Shown: in pieces, positions 52,541-64,000 of the stretch
How positions within the stretch are numbered: the first letter of the stretch is position 1
How the letters are laid out: each line of letters starts with the position of its first letter
Assembly: GCF_963921235.1 (NCBI RefSeq)
Contig: NC_086108.1
Span: 61,196,001 to 61,260,000 of the forward strand
Origin: Mobula hypostoma
Taxonomy: Eukaryota
Direction: 5' to 3'
Length of the DNA: 64,000 nt
Program-made: the position numbers and the translations under genes
Notes under the pieces: model-generated
What the model saw: the letters and a program-made list of their open reading frames with translations, nothing else
Database searches by the model: none
What the model was told of the DNA's origin: nothing

Positions 52541-53394
52541 TGTGCAAGTGATCATCGATGACCAGGAGCAAATGGACAGCTCACCAAGAAAGGTGCCACA
52601 GGGAGAGTTAGAGCGATTGGAAATGGACTGCAGAATGTGAAGTGTCACCAGGTGAGGAACAGTGCACCAGGACAGGTGAAGTGTGAACAAGCTGAGGAAG
52701 CAGAGTGAAACAAGAGCCCACCACATAGGGTGAAGAGGAGAGACAGCACAATGGCTGAGGACTGTTCAGGGTGAACCTGGAGTGACGAGGGAACTCATCA
52801 AGAAAAGCACTGCAGGACCCAGCCTCACGGTGAAGCAGGGGGAGTGGGGTGACTGAAAATATGAAGGGGGTGCAGACAGGTGAAGCACAACTGAGATGGG
52901 TAAATAGGATTAGTGTGACTAGGTAGAAAGGCCCGTTTCTGTGCTGTACGTCACTATGACTCACTCAAAGTGGCAGGTATTGAAGAGTGCCTTGGAGGAG
53001 AGGTTCATTAGGGGTTCAGTGCTTGGGGACTTGCTAGCTGAAACATGCAACTGATGACTGATAATTATTGGGTAAAGCATGGAAGATCAAGGAGGGATCT
53101 GAAAACAAATGGAGTCAATGAATTACTGGATTGGAACAATGAAAGCATGGGCTGAAGGGTGACCAAGTCTCTGTTCATGATTAGATAACAACTGGACATG
53201 CAGAGTAAAGCTAGTTGTCATCTGTTTCCATATTATTCACAAAGAACCACCCTGAAAAGACAGAGGAGCCTATTGCTACTGGCGGTGCCTTTTTTTTTAA
53301 CACTTCTTTACCAAAAGCCAGGATTTCATTAGAATTACACATAATTTTACAGAATCTTATTTGATTCATTATGCATCAACTTTAATTTTCTCAA

Positions 53395-53840
53395 ACATGA
53401 GACAATCTGCGGATGCTGGAGCAACGTACACAAAATGCTGGAGGAAATCAGCAGGCCAGGTAGCATTTATGGAAAAGAGCAAACAGTCCCTTGATCAGGA
53501 CTTTAATTTTCTTGCTGGTTTTCCAATGGCACAAAATTTCATCTATACAAAAGGGCTTGCCAGATACCAGAGGGCATGCACTTAAGATGATTGGGCAAAC
53601 TTTAAAGGAGATGTGAAGGGCAAGCTTCTTTAAAACAGAGTGTAGTGGGTGCCTAGGATAGGCTGTTGTGGTATGATAGTGCTGTTCAGGAGGCTGTGGG
53701 TTAGACACATGAATATGCAGCGAATGGAGGGATATGAACATGTACAGACCAAAGAGAATTAGTTTAATTTGGCACCGTGTTCAGCACAGACATTGTGGGC
53801 TGAACAGTTTGTTCCTAGGCTGTACTCTAAGTTCTATTGT
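53395..53840. mobile_element. Penelope-like fragment (minus) followed by CR1 3' end (plus)
   Basis: AATCTGCGGATGCTGGA...CACAAAATGCTGGAGG module; ACCAGAGGGCAT CR1 3' motif. Confidence 0.65.
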
Positions 53841-53958
53841 TCCTTCTGCCCTAGCAAAAGAGGAAGGACTGATCACACAAAAAGTGAAAAATGCCAAATT
53901 TCATATAATACTTCCCAATAAGTAATGCCAAGTTCAAGTTCGATCAGACACTTTCTTA

Positions 53959-55652
53959 TGTTACGTACCCCGTAACTGGGTTGCCAAACCAGCAGAAATG
54001 GATCACTCAGTTGGAGTCTGGAGTACTAGAACTAAGAAAGTTTTATTAAAGAAACAAGCAACACAGTAACCGAAAGGATAATAAATGCAACAATTCAACA
54101 ATGATAACCACACATGTGCACAGAATTAAGATAACAGCATCAATCAAGCTCTATCGTTGTCTAGGGGTAAATGCCCAATTTCAAAATGACTCAAAGTTCA
54201 GTCCAGTTTAGTAGTTCAGTTCGCAGTAATCGTTGCCATGGCGGTGGACAACGTGGGGGAAGAGAGAGATAGAATAGGAACAACTCATCATTCAGAACGG
54301 CTTCACTCACAGACCAGCAAGATGGCTCACAGACCAGCGAGATGGTTCACAAACAGCTTTTGGGCGGGTCCTTGGTGATAGAAACATAGAAACATAGAAA
54401 ATAGGTGCAGGAGTAGGCCATTCGGCCCTTCGAGCCTGCACCGCCATTTATTATGATCATGGCTGATCATCCAACTCAGAACCCAGCCTTCCCTCCATAC
54501 CCCCTGACCCCTGTAGCCACAAGGGCCATATCTAACTTCCTTTTAAACATAGCTAATGAACTGGCCTCAACAGTTTGCTGTGGCAGAGAATTCCACAGAT
54601 TCACCACTCTCTGTGTGAAGAAGTTTTTCCTAACCTCGGTCCTAAAAGGCTTCCCCTCTATCCTCAAACTGTGACCCCTCGTTCTAGACCTCCCCAACAT
54701 CGGGAACAATCTTCCTGCATCTAGCCTGTCCAATCCCTTTAGGATCTTATACGTTTCAATCAGATCCCCCCTCAATCTTCTAAATTCCAACGAGTACAAG
54801 CCCAGTTCATCCAGTCTTTCTTCATATGAAAGACCTGCCATCCCAGGAATCAATCTGGTGAACCTTCTTTGTACTCCCTCTATGGCAAAGATGTCTTTCC
54901 TCAGATTAGGGGACCAAAACTGCACACAATACTCCAGGTGTGGTCTCACCAAGGCCTTGTACAACTGCAGTAGTACCTCCCTGCTCCTGTACTCGAATCC
55001 TCTCGCTATAAATGCCAGCATACCGTTCGCCTTTTTCACCGCCTGCTGTACCTGCATGCCCACTTTCAATGACTGGTGTATAATGACACCCAGGTCTCGT
55101 TGCACCTCCCCTTTTCCTAATCGGCCACCATTCAGATAATAATCTGTTTTCCTATTTTTGCCACCAAAGTGGATAACTTCACATTTATCCTGATGTCACC
55201 TGAGGTCACCGACTGTGACCCCACCTCCAGATGCGGTCGATCCTCTGCAGTGAACCCGGCACCCAGGCAAGGGCGGACACACACCGGGTTCCCGCTGATC
55301 GTACCTTTCCACCCTGTGCGTTGTCCGGTACTTCTCACCACTCGTGAGAGGCGCACCGCTTCCAGGGTCTCGTTACCTCGGGTGGCGTGTGTGTCTGTCT
55401 TAGCGAACCTGTCCCTTTTTATCCCCCTGCTGGGGTATCGCCTGTCCATCACTTCAAACAGTTCAGGGTTCAAAGGGGGGAGCCGCTCCAGACAGCTCTT
55501 CCTCCCACATCCCTTCATTACACATCTCCAGACGCTGCTCCATTGTTCCTTATCTCTCCTTCCCCTGAGGGCAGGTGGCAGACCAACTGCTGATGCCACT
55601 GATGCTAGCCCAGGCCAGCAAACATCTTAATTTTATGTGTATTCTCGTAACA
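53959..55652 (-). mobile_element. Solo LTR of the same Gypsy family, split by a CR1 insertion
   Basis: Reverse complement of the 16325 LTR type; halves 53959-54379 and 55191-55652. Confidence 0.93.
54380..55190 (-). mobile_element. Young 5'-truncated CR1 LINE
   Basis: Uninterrupted 209-aa ORF2 C-terminus (54476-55105), (TTTCTATG)n tail, TGAT duplicated at both junctions. Confidence 0.95.
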
Positions 55653-55659
55653 ATTGCCA

Positions 55660-56390
55660 GTAAGTGAAACATACTGAAATTGATTGTGGTTCAGTGCCAA
55701 GCATAAAACACAGGACAATATCATAACAGACAACACAATAGTAACCGACAATTTACAAGACAATAATACAAACAGTCATGAGTAACCAACAACTAGCAGA
55801 ACATTCACCTGTCAAGCATCAATAATGAAACTTAAATAAGTGTGGAATTTAATGGATTTTGTGCAGGGTCTGTAAGGGTATTATAACTGACTGAGATTTG
55901 TTGAGAAACTGGATAGTTACAGGAAAGAAGCTTCGGAGATTATGTGTGGTCCTGATGGTGATGGACTTGTAGCATCTCCCTGATGGTAGTTTGGTGAACA
56001 GGTGACTGCTAGGATGGGTGGATTCAGCAGTATTTTTTTCATCTCTTTTCTTTGCTCTGGCAATGAACAGGTCTTTCAAAGTCAGTCGCTGACAATCAAT
56101 GATCTCCACTGAGTGAACCACTTGCTCCAGCCTGACTGGGATAGGAGGGAGGTGACAGGGAGCAAACAGTGATGGAGGTGGTCATAACACTCTCAATGAT
56201 GGCTGAGTAAAATTAAATCAGGATATGCCCTGAGATATTAAATTTCCTGAACTGGTTTAGGAAGAACAATCTATGTTGGGCTTCCCAATGATGAGCTTTA
56301 TGTGCTTGTCCCATTTCAATGTACTGGTATTGGTAGTCCCCATGAATTTGAGTGATTTAACCACAGACACAGTCCAACCATTAATTTCCA
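55660..56390 (-). mobile_element. Rex1-type LINE 3' fragment
   Basis: HPSSHLFTKLPSGRCYKSI...SFFP on minus. Confidence 0.7.
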
Positions 56391-58392
56391 AGTTGGGGGG
56401 GCGGGTAGGGGGTTGTTGGCAGTGGTCAGGGGCTTGGGGCTAAGGGACTTGGACTATTTTTTTTGTGTGACTGTATTTTACTGCTATCTTATACATGCTT
56501 ACTATCTATATGTGCTTTGTATGACTGATGCTACTGTGTTTTGCGCCTTGGCCCTGGAGCAATGCTGTTTTGTTTGACTGTATACATGTGCACAGTATTC
56601 ATGTGTGGTTGAATGATAATTAAACTTGAGCTTGAATAATGATGTGAACTGCTATCAAAGAGAGGTAGACCATCTTGCAACATGGTGTGCTCGTAACAAT
56701 TTAAAGTTTAATGCTATCAAGAAATAAGGTTGTTTACTTCTCTTCTCTGCTTGCTTATTCTCCCGTCTCTGAACAAGGCCGTTTGAATAGTGGTTGCAGA
56801 TAACTCTATGGTTATTTGCTACTTGACTGTATTGTATGTTCTACAATGCAGCCTGGCCCATACATCCTGATGTACTAATTTTAAGTGAGTGCTGCCTTTG
56901 ATATGTTTAAATGAATGTGGTATTGTGTCAGTCCTTTACAGCAGGTGCAGCTGCTTTTGGCTGCTGGCAGGCAGTAGGCAGAACTGATGGGATTTCTGTG
57001 GAAGCCCAGTACTGAATCTTCATAAATGACATTATGATGAAAGACGTTCACTGCTGCCAATCATAATGTCTCATGTCTGTCAGGAACACAGGAGGGAAGC
57101 AGATTGTGTCCCAAATACTTGCTCCTCCTCTTCAAACAGCACAGAAGTGATTCCCTTCTAATATTCAGGAGTGTTGCAGCAGGTGTAATGAATGCCAGAG
57201 ATTCTTTGAAAAATTAACACTGGAGTGAACGGATTTGTTCTCACCAGTGATGTTTCTGCATGAAGGCATTGATGGAGCTGCCTTGTGAGAATATGAAGCA
57301 GAGGACTGGCACAAGGATGTCAAAACATGCAATGCCAAGGAATACTAAGACAGCAGAAGTTGAATGGGTGGAGTGGCTGTCTTGCAGGCCCAACAGGCAG
57401 CAGGTGAAAAGGGCAACAGCACTGCACAAATATTGTCAAAATTTCTAAAGGGGTCTTGAATTTACCATCTTGTTATTTACCCTAATCAGCATTTAACTAT
57501 CCGACAAGCACCACCAAGGTTTGACAGGGGGCATTGTTCATCTGAACGCTCACACTGGATGGAATTCCTTGTTCCCATAGATGCATTACATTTCTGGCTT
57601 TTGGTTAGCTCATTACAGCTCATACAGCTTTTACAGCTTATTAGCATAATAAAATACAAGATATATTAAATGAGGATTTAGTACGGTACTAAGTGTGCTC
57701 GACGTGGTTAAGGTATAATGAGCCACAAATACCTTCATGTTGGAAGCTAGTGCATCTTATTTCTGAGTGCTGATCACACTCCTTCATGGGTATCTGCTAG
57801 GAAACATGACAGCGCAGAGGGACTATTCTGAAGCACTAATTCTTCAGAAAATATTATGACAGCATCCATCCAATGCTGACTGCTTTCCTGCAGCCATACT
57901 AATTATTTCTGGCCAGAATAGTGAAAGCAGATCTACTCAAATTCCATGTATGTCAGTAATTCTAGACTTTTTGAAACCCCTGAAATAAATTTTTCAAAAA
58001 CATATCATAATACAGAGAGAAGGCTATTCAGTCTACCGAGTCTGCACTGTCTCTTTAGAAGAGCCATGCTCGTTCATTCTCTGAATGACTGAAATATTTT
58101 TCTCCATAATCTATTTACGTGCCTCCCCTCTGAAGGCCATGGTGGAATCTCCTGTCAAGCAGTACTTTCAAAATGCTGACCACTTTTTGCACAGGAAAGT
58201 TATTTCTTGCTTAGTCAAAAGAAATCACCTCAAACTTGTATCATTTGATCTTGGATATTTATCCACTGGGAGTAGTTATATCTAAAGCATGAAATGCCAG
58301 AAATGCTTAAAAGAAACCTTCTATTTTTAGCAGTTTGCTCTCAAAGGGAGAAATTTGAGGGCAGAATGGCAAATAAAGAATCATGTGATTGC

Positions 58393-59601
58393 AAAGTTCA
58401 AAGTTCAACGTAAAAATTACTATCAGAGTACATACATGTCCCCACATACAACCCTGAGACTTAGCAAATCTATAGAACAGTAACTAAACAATGGACAACA
58501 AGCCGTGCAAATACAGATCTAAATAAATGACAATAAATAATGAGCAAAAAATAACAAGATAAAAGAGTCCTTAAGTAAGTGTAGTTATCCCCATTTGTTC
58601 AAGGTTGAGGGGTAGTAACTGTTCTTGAACCTGGTGGTGCGAGTCCTGAGCCATTTGTACCTTCTACCTGATGGCAGCAGTGAGAAAAGAGCACGGCCTG
58701 GGTGGTGAGGATCTTCGATGATGGATGCTGCTTTTCTACAGCAACATTTCATGTGGAAGTGTTCAATGGTTGGGAGAGGTTTACCCATGATGTACTAAGC
58801 CCTATCGACTACCTTTTGTAGGATTTTCTGCTCAAAGGCATTGGTGTTCCATACCAGGCTGTAATGCAGCCAGTCAGCACACTTTCCACCACACATCTAC
58901 AGATGTTTGCCAAAGTTTTTGATGACATGTCGTATCTCCGCAGACTCCTGAGAAAATAGAGGTGCTGTCATGCTTTCTTCACAATTATATTTATATGATG
59001 GGTCCAGGACAGGTCCTTTGAGATCGTGAGACACAGGAATTTAAACTCACTGACCCTCTCCACCTTTGATCTTCCGATGATTGCTAGCTCATGGACCTCT
59101 GGTTTCCCTCTCCTGAAGTCTACAATTAGCTCCTTGGTCTTATTGACATTGGGTGAGAGGTGGTTGTTATTACACCACTCAGCCAAGTTTTCAATCTCCC
59201 TTCTGTATGCTGATTCATCACCACCTTTGATCCAGCCCACAACAGTGGTGTCATCAGCAAACTTGTATATGGTGTTGGAGCTGTACTTAGCCACACAGTC
59301 ACAGGCGTAAAGCGAGTAGAGCAGGGGGATAAGTACACAACCCTGTGGTGCTCCTGCACAGGATTGTGGAGAGATATTTTTGCCAATCCAATCTGAATGT
59401 GGTCGACAAGTGAGAAAATTGAGAATCCAATTGAACGAGGGGCTATTGCAGCCCTGGTCTTGAAGTTTACTGATTAGTTTTTAGGGAGTGCTAGTGTTAA
59501 ATGCTGAACTGTAATCAATAAAGAGCATCTTGATGTATGCACCTTTGCTGTCCAGATGTCCCAGAACTGTGTGAAGAGCCAATGAATAGCATCTGCTGTA
59601 G
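58393..59601 (-). mobile_element. Rex1-type LINE, 3' part
   Basis: MLFIDYSSAFNT, IYKFADDTTVVG, LFSLLPSGRRY; (TTGAACT)-type tail. Confidence 0.9.
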
Positions 59602-62600
59602 GCATCGTTGCAGCGGCCATTGTCTGAGTGGACATAGTCAGCGTGGTGTTCGTAAGGCTTTGAGGCTTCAGTAAAGAAAGGGTTCACTCAGAGAAAGCAA
59701 AGGAAAGAAAAGCTAAGTTATTTTCCCCTTCTCTTCTTTATATCTGCTCAGCTAGGTAGAGATGGCAGGCAGGAAAATGCAATGCTCCTCTTACGGGATA
59801 TGGAAAGGCAGGGAGACCTATAGTACCCCCAACCACTACAACTGCGTTAAGGACACAAGAAATTGGGTGACAGTCAGGAATGGGAAAGGGGCTAAGGAGC
59901 CAGTGCAGAGCACCCCTGTAGTCATTACCCACAACAAGAGGTTCAGATACTGTCAAGGGGGTTGACCTAACAGAGGAAAGTCACAATCGTCAGGTCAAAG
60001 GGATGAGCACGGTGCAACAAAATCGAAAGGGTGAATACAGGACTGAAGGTGTTGTATCCGAATGGGTGCAGCGTACGGAATGCGGTAGGTGAACTTGCAG
60101 CACATTTGCCGATTGGCAGGTATGATGTTGTAGGCGTCATGGAATCATAGCTGAAAGAGGATTATAGATGGGAGCTTTATGTCCAAAGATACACATTGTA
60201 TCAAAAGGATATGCAGGAAGGCAGAGGGAGCAGTGTTGCTCTGTTCATAAAAAATGAAATCAAATCAAATCATTAGAAAGTGGTGACATAGGGTCAAAAT
60301 GTGTTGATTCAATGTAGATAGAACTAAGGAACTGCAAGGGTAAAAAAACTCTGATGGGAGTTGTATACAGACCCCCAAACAGTAGAAAGGATGTTGCCTA
60401 CAAATTACACTGGGAGATAGAAAATGCATGCCAAAAGGGCCATATTACAATAGTCATGAAGGACTTCAATATGTAGGTAGATTGGGAAAATCAGGTTGTT
60501 GCTGGATTACAAAAGAGGGAATTTCTAGAATGCCCATGAGCTGGCTTCTTACAGTAGCTCGTGGTTGAGCCCACCAGAGGATCAGCTATTCTGGATTGGG
60601 TGTTGTGCAATGAACCAGAATTGATTAGAGAGCTTGAGGTAGAAGAACCCTTTGGGGAAATTGATCATAATACGATCAAATTCTCCCTGAATTTTGAGAA
60701 GGAGAAGCTAAGGTCAGATGATTCAGTATTACAGTAGATTAAAGGGAATTATAGAGCCATGAGAGAGGAGTTGGCCAGAATTGATCAGAAAAGAACACTG
60801 GCAGAGATGACGGCAGAGCAGCAATAGCTGGATTTTCTAGAAGCAGTTCGGAAGGCACAGGGTATATACATCCCAAAGAGGAAGAGGTATTCTAATGGAA
60901 AGATGACACAACCATGGCTAACAAGGGAAGTCAAAGCCAATATAAAAGCCAAAGGGAGGGCATATAATAGAGAAAAGATTAGTGGAAAGTTAGAGGATTG
61001 GAAGGCTTTTAAAAATCAACAGAAGGCAACTGAAAAAATCATTAAGAAAGTAAAGGTGGAATACAAAAGTAAGCTTGCCAGTAATATTAAAGAGGATACA
61101 AAAGTTTCTTCCAATACATAAAGTGCAAAACAGAGGCAAAAGTGGATATTGGATCACTGGAAAAAGATGCTGGAGAGGTAGTAATGGGGGACAATGAAAT
61201 AGCAGACAAACTGAATAAGTATTTTGCCTTAGTTTTCACTGTGGAAGAGACACCAGTAGAATGGTGGAAGTTCCAGGTATCAGGAGGTATGATGTGTGTG
61301 AAGTTACATAACGAGAGAGAAGGTTCTTGGGTAACTGTAAGGTCTGAAGTGGTGGCTGAAGAGATTGTGGAGGCATTATTAATGATCTTTCAAGAATCAC
61401 TAGGTTCTGGAAGACTGGAAGATTGCAAATATCACTCCACTCTTCAAGAAAGGAGAGAAGCAGAAGAAAGGAAACTATAGGGAAGTTAGTTTGATCTCAG
61501 TGGTTGGGAAGATGTTGGAGTCGATTGTTAAGGATGAGGTCTCAGATTACTTGGAGGCACATGATAAAATAGGCCGTAGTCAGCATGGTTTCCTCAAAGG
61601 AAAATCTTGCCTGACAAATCTGTTGGAATTCTTTGAAGAAGTAACAAGTAGGATAGGCAAAGGAGAATCAGTTGATGTTGTAGACTTGGATCTTCAGAAT
61701 ACCTTTGACAAGGTGCAACAAATGAGGTTGCTTACAAGCTATGAGTCCATGGTATTACAGGAAAGATTCTAGCATGGATAAAGCAGTGGCTGATTGGCAG
61801 GAGGTAAAGTGTAGGAATAAAGGGAGCCTTTGCTGACTGGCTGCCAGTGACTAGTGGTATTCCACAGGGGTCTGTGCTGGACTGATTCTTTTTATGTTAT
61901 ATGTCAATGATTCAGATTATGTAATTGATGGCTTTCTTGCGAAGTTTGCAGATGATAAAAAGATAAGTGGAGGGGCAGGTAGTTTTGAAGAGGTAGAGAG
62001 GCTACAGAAGGACAGACAGATTAAGAGAATGGCCAAGAAATAGCAGATAGAATATAGTGTCAGGAAGTGTATGATCATGCACTTTGGTAGAAGAAATGAA
62101 AGGGTTGACTGTTTTCTAAATGAAGAGAAAATACGAAAAAGATTGAGGTGCAAAGGGACTTGGGAGAGTTTGTGCAGGATTCCCTAAAGGTTAATTTTCA
62201 GGTTGAGTCTGTGGTAAGGAAGGCAAATACGATGTTAGCATTAATTTTAAAAGGACTAGAATATAAAAGCAAGGATGTAATGTTGAGACTTTATAAAGCA
62301 TTGGTGAGGGCTCACTTGGAGTATTGTGAGCAGGTTTAGTCCCCTTATCTTAGAACGGAGTGCTGAAACTGGACAGGGTTCAAAGGAGATTCACGAAAAT
62401 GATTCCAGGATTGAATGGTTTGTCATATGAAGAGTGTTTGATGGCTCTGGGCCTGTATTCACTAGAATTCAGTAAATTGAGGAGTGACCTCATTAAAAAA
62501 CCTATCAAACAGTGAAAGGCCCTGATGAAGTGGACATGGAGAAGACGTTTCCTGTGATGGGAGAGTCTAGGACCAGAGGACACAGCCTCAGAATAGAATG

Positions 62601-63090
62601 GAGATGAGGAAGGATTTCTTTAACCAGAGAGTGGTGAATCAGAGGAATTCTTTGCCACAGTCAGCTGTGGAGGATGTGTCTTTATGTATATTTAAGGCAG
62701 AGGTTGATAGATCCTTGATTGGTCAGGACATGAAGAGATATGGGGAGAAGGCAGGAGATTGGGGCTGAGAGGGAAAATGGATCAGCCATGATGAAATGGC
62801 GGAGCAGACTCAGTGGGCCAAATGGCCTAATTCTACTCCAATATCTTATGGTCATACAGTCTTTAGTTAAATACCTGGTGTTTTTAGTTAAGTAGCTGGT
62901 GTTTTTATACCTGGTGTTTTTATATTTAAGGCAGAGGTTGATAGATTCTTGATTGGTCAGGACACGAAGGGATATGGGGAGAAGGCAGGAGATTGGGGAA
63001 GAGAGGGAAAATGGATCAGCCATGATGAAATGGTGGAACATTCTCAAAGGGCCAAATGGCCTAATTCTGCTCCTATATCTTTGGTCTTAT
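59602..63090 (+). mobile_element. Near full-span CR1 (5'UTR, ORF1 start, ORF2, duplicated 3' end) inserted in the Rex1-type LINE
   Basis: ORF1 zinc-finger-like start MAGRKMQCSS...YNCVK, EN YRPPNS, QHGFLKGKSCLTNLLEFFE, 3' tail twice. Confidence 0.88.
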
Positions 63091-63900
63091 TGCAGATCTG
63101 TTGCTTTGGTAGGCGAATTGGAGCGGATTCAAGTTGCCATTCAGACAGGAGCTGATATACTTCTCTCCAACCTCTCAAAACAATTCATCACTCTTGATGT
63201 AAGTGCCACTGGGTGATAGTCATTTAGACAGGTTACCACAGTCTTCTTGGGCACTGGTCTAATTGGAGCCTGTTTGAAGCAGGTGAGTACCACACACTGC
63301 CAGAGCGAGAAGTTGAAGATGTCCGTGAATATACCACACAGTTGGTCAGCACAGGTCTTCACTACTCGGCCAGGTACTCTGTAGGTCCGGATACTCTCCT
63401 TGGATTTACTCTCTTGAAGGCAGCCCACTTCATCTTCAGATACTGAGACCAAAGGACCTTTGGAATAGATGGGGGTACATGATGGTTCCTCCCTCTTCTG
63501 GTGATCCAAGCGAGCATAGAAGTCATTGAGCTCATCAGGAAGCAAAGCTCTGCTGTCCCCCATGTCGCAAGATTTAACTTTGTAGGAGGTTATGGCACTC
63601 AAACTCTGCTACAGCTGTCGAGCATCCCTCATTGATTCCAGTCTAGCCTGGAGTCTCCACGTCGCCTGAGAGATGGCTTTCTGGAAGTCATTCTTGGACC
63701 TCTTGTAGTTTTCTTGATCTCTAGACTTGAATGCCTCCGATCTGGCTCTCAGTGGGTTCCAGATTTCATTGTTCATCCAGGGCTTCTGACCGGGGAAACC
63801 CTGAATGATTTCGTGGAGACACACTCATTCGCAGCTGTTTTAATAAAGTCTGTAACAACCCTGGTGTAGTCCACCTGTCCAATGCCAAGTCCTACTGATG
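63091..63900 (-). mobile_element. Rex1-type LINE, 5' continuation
   Basis: KPWMNNEI, LPDELNDFYAR, PVPKKTVVTCLNDYHPVALTS; joins 59601 once the CR1 is removed. Confidence 0.9.
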
Positions 63901-64000
63901 TTCCGTATTTAAAGAAAGATTGCTCGGGTTTAATAAATGTATTATTTTGTATGTAGAAATACTTCTGGGAGCTTAATACAACATTATCCATTTTGATCCA

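Noticed and set aside
52540..52900. Purine-rich stretch with minus-strand ORFs
   Set aside because: No motifs or splice context; ORFs explained by base composition.
44612..64000. DAB1 exon 3 (LCQDSMMKLK)
   Set aside because: Not found by eye; presumably beyond the right edge, though I could have missed it.

Overview
Vertebrate genomic DNA, most likely a cartilaginous fish (probably a ray, inferred from the repeat families). The window lies inside the DAB1 (Disabled-1) gene on the minus strand. Five coding exons are present (99, 132, 120, 39 and 60 nt; mammalian exons 4-8), covering most of the PTB domain and the Reelin-responsive tyrosines. The introns are repeat-dense. They hold a two-LTR Gmr1-like Ty3/Gypsy element (1384-6187) whose single 951-aa ORF keeps Gag (SCAN-like capsid, CCHC) and protease but only dead, deleted IN/RT remnants. 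There are also two related solo LTRs, many CR1 and Rex1-type LINE pieces, V-SINEs, an RTE-related SINE, DNA-transposon relics and Penelope-like fragments with minimal hammerhead ribozyme motifs. Notable structures are a near-perfect inverted repeat bracketing DAB1 exon 6, an inverted duplication bounded by a hAT MITE end, tandem and sense-strand hammerheads, and two dispersed local duplications. All repeat calls and identity estimates are by eye; repeat boundaries are approximate unless a TSD or splice site is quoted.
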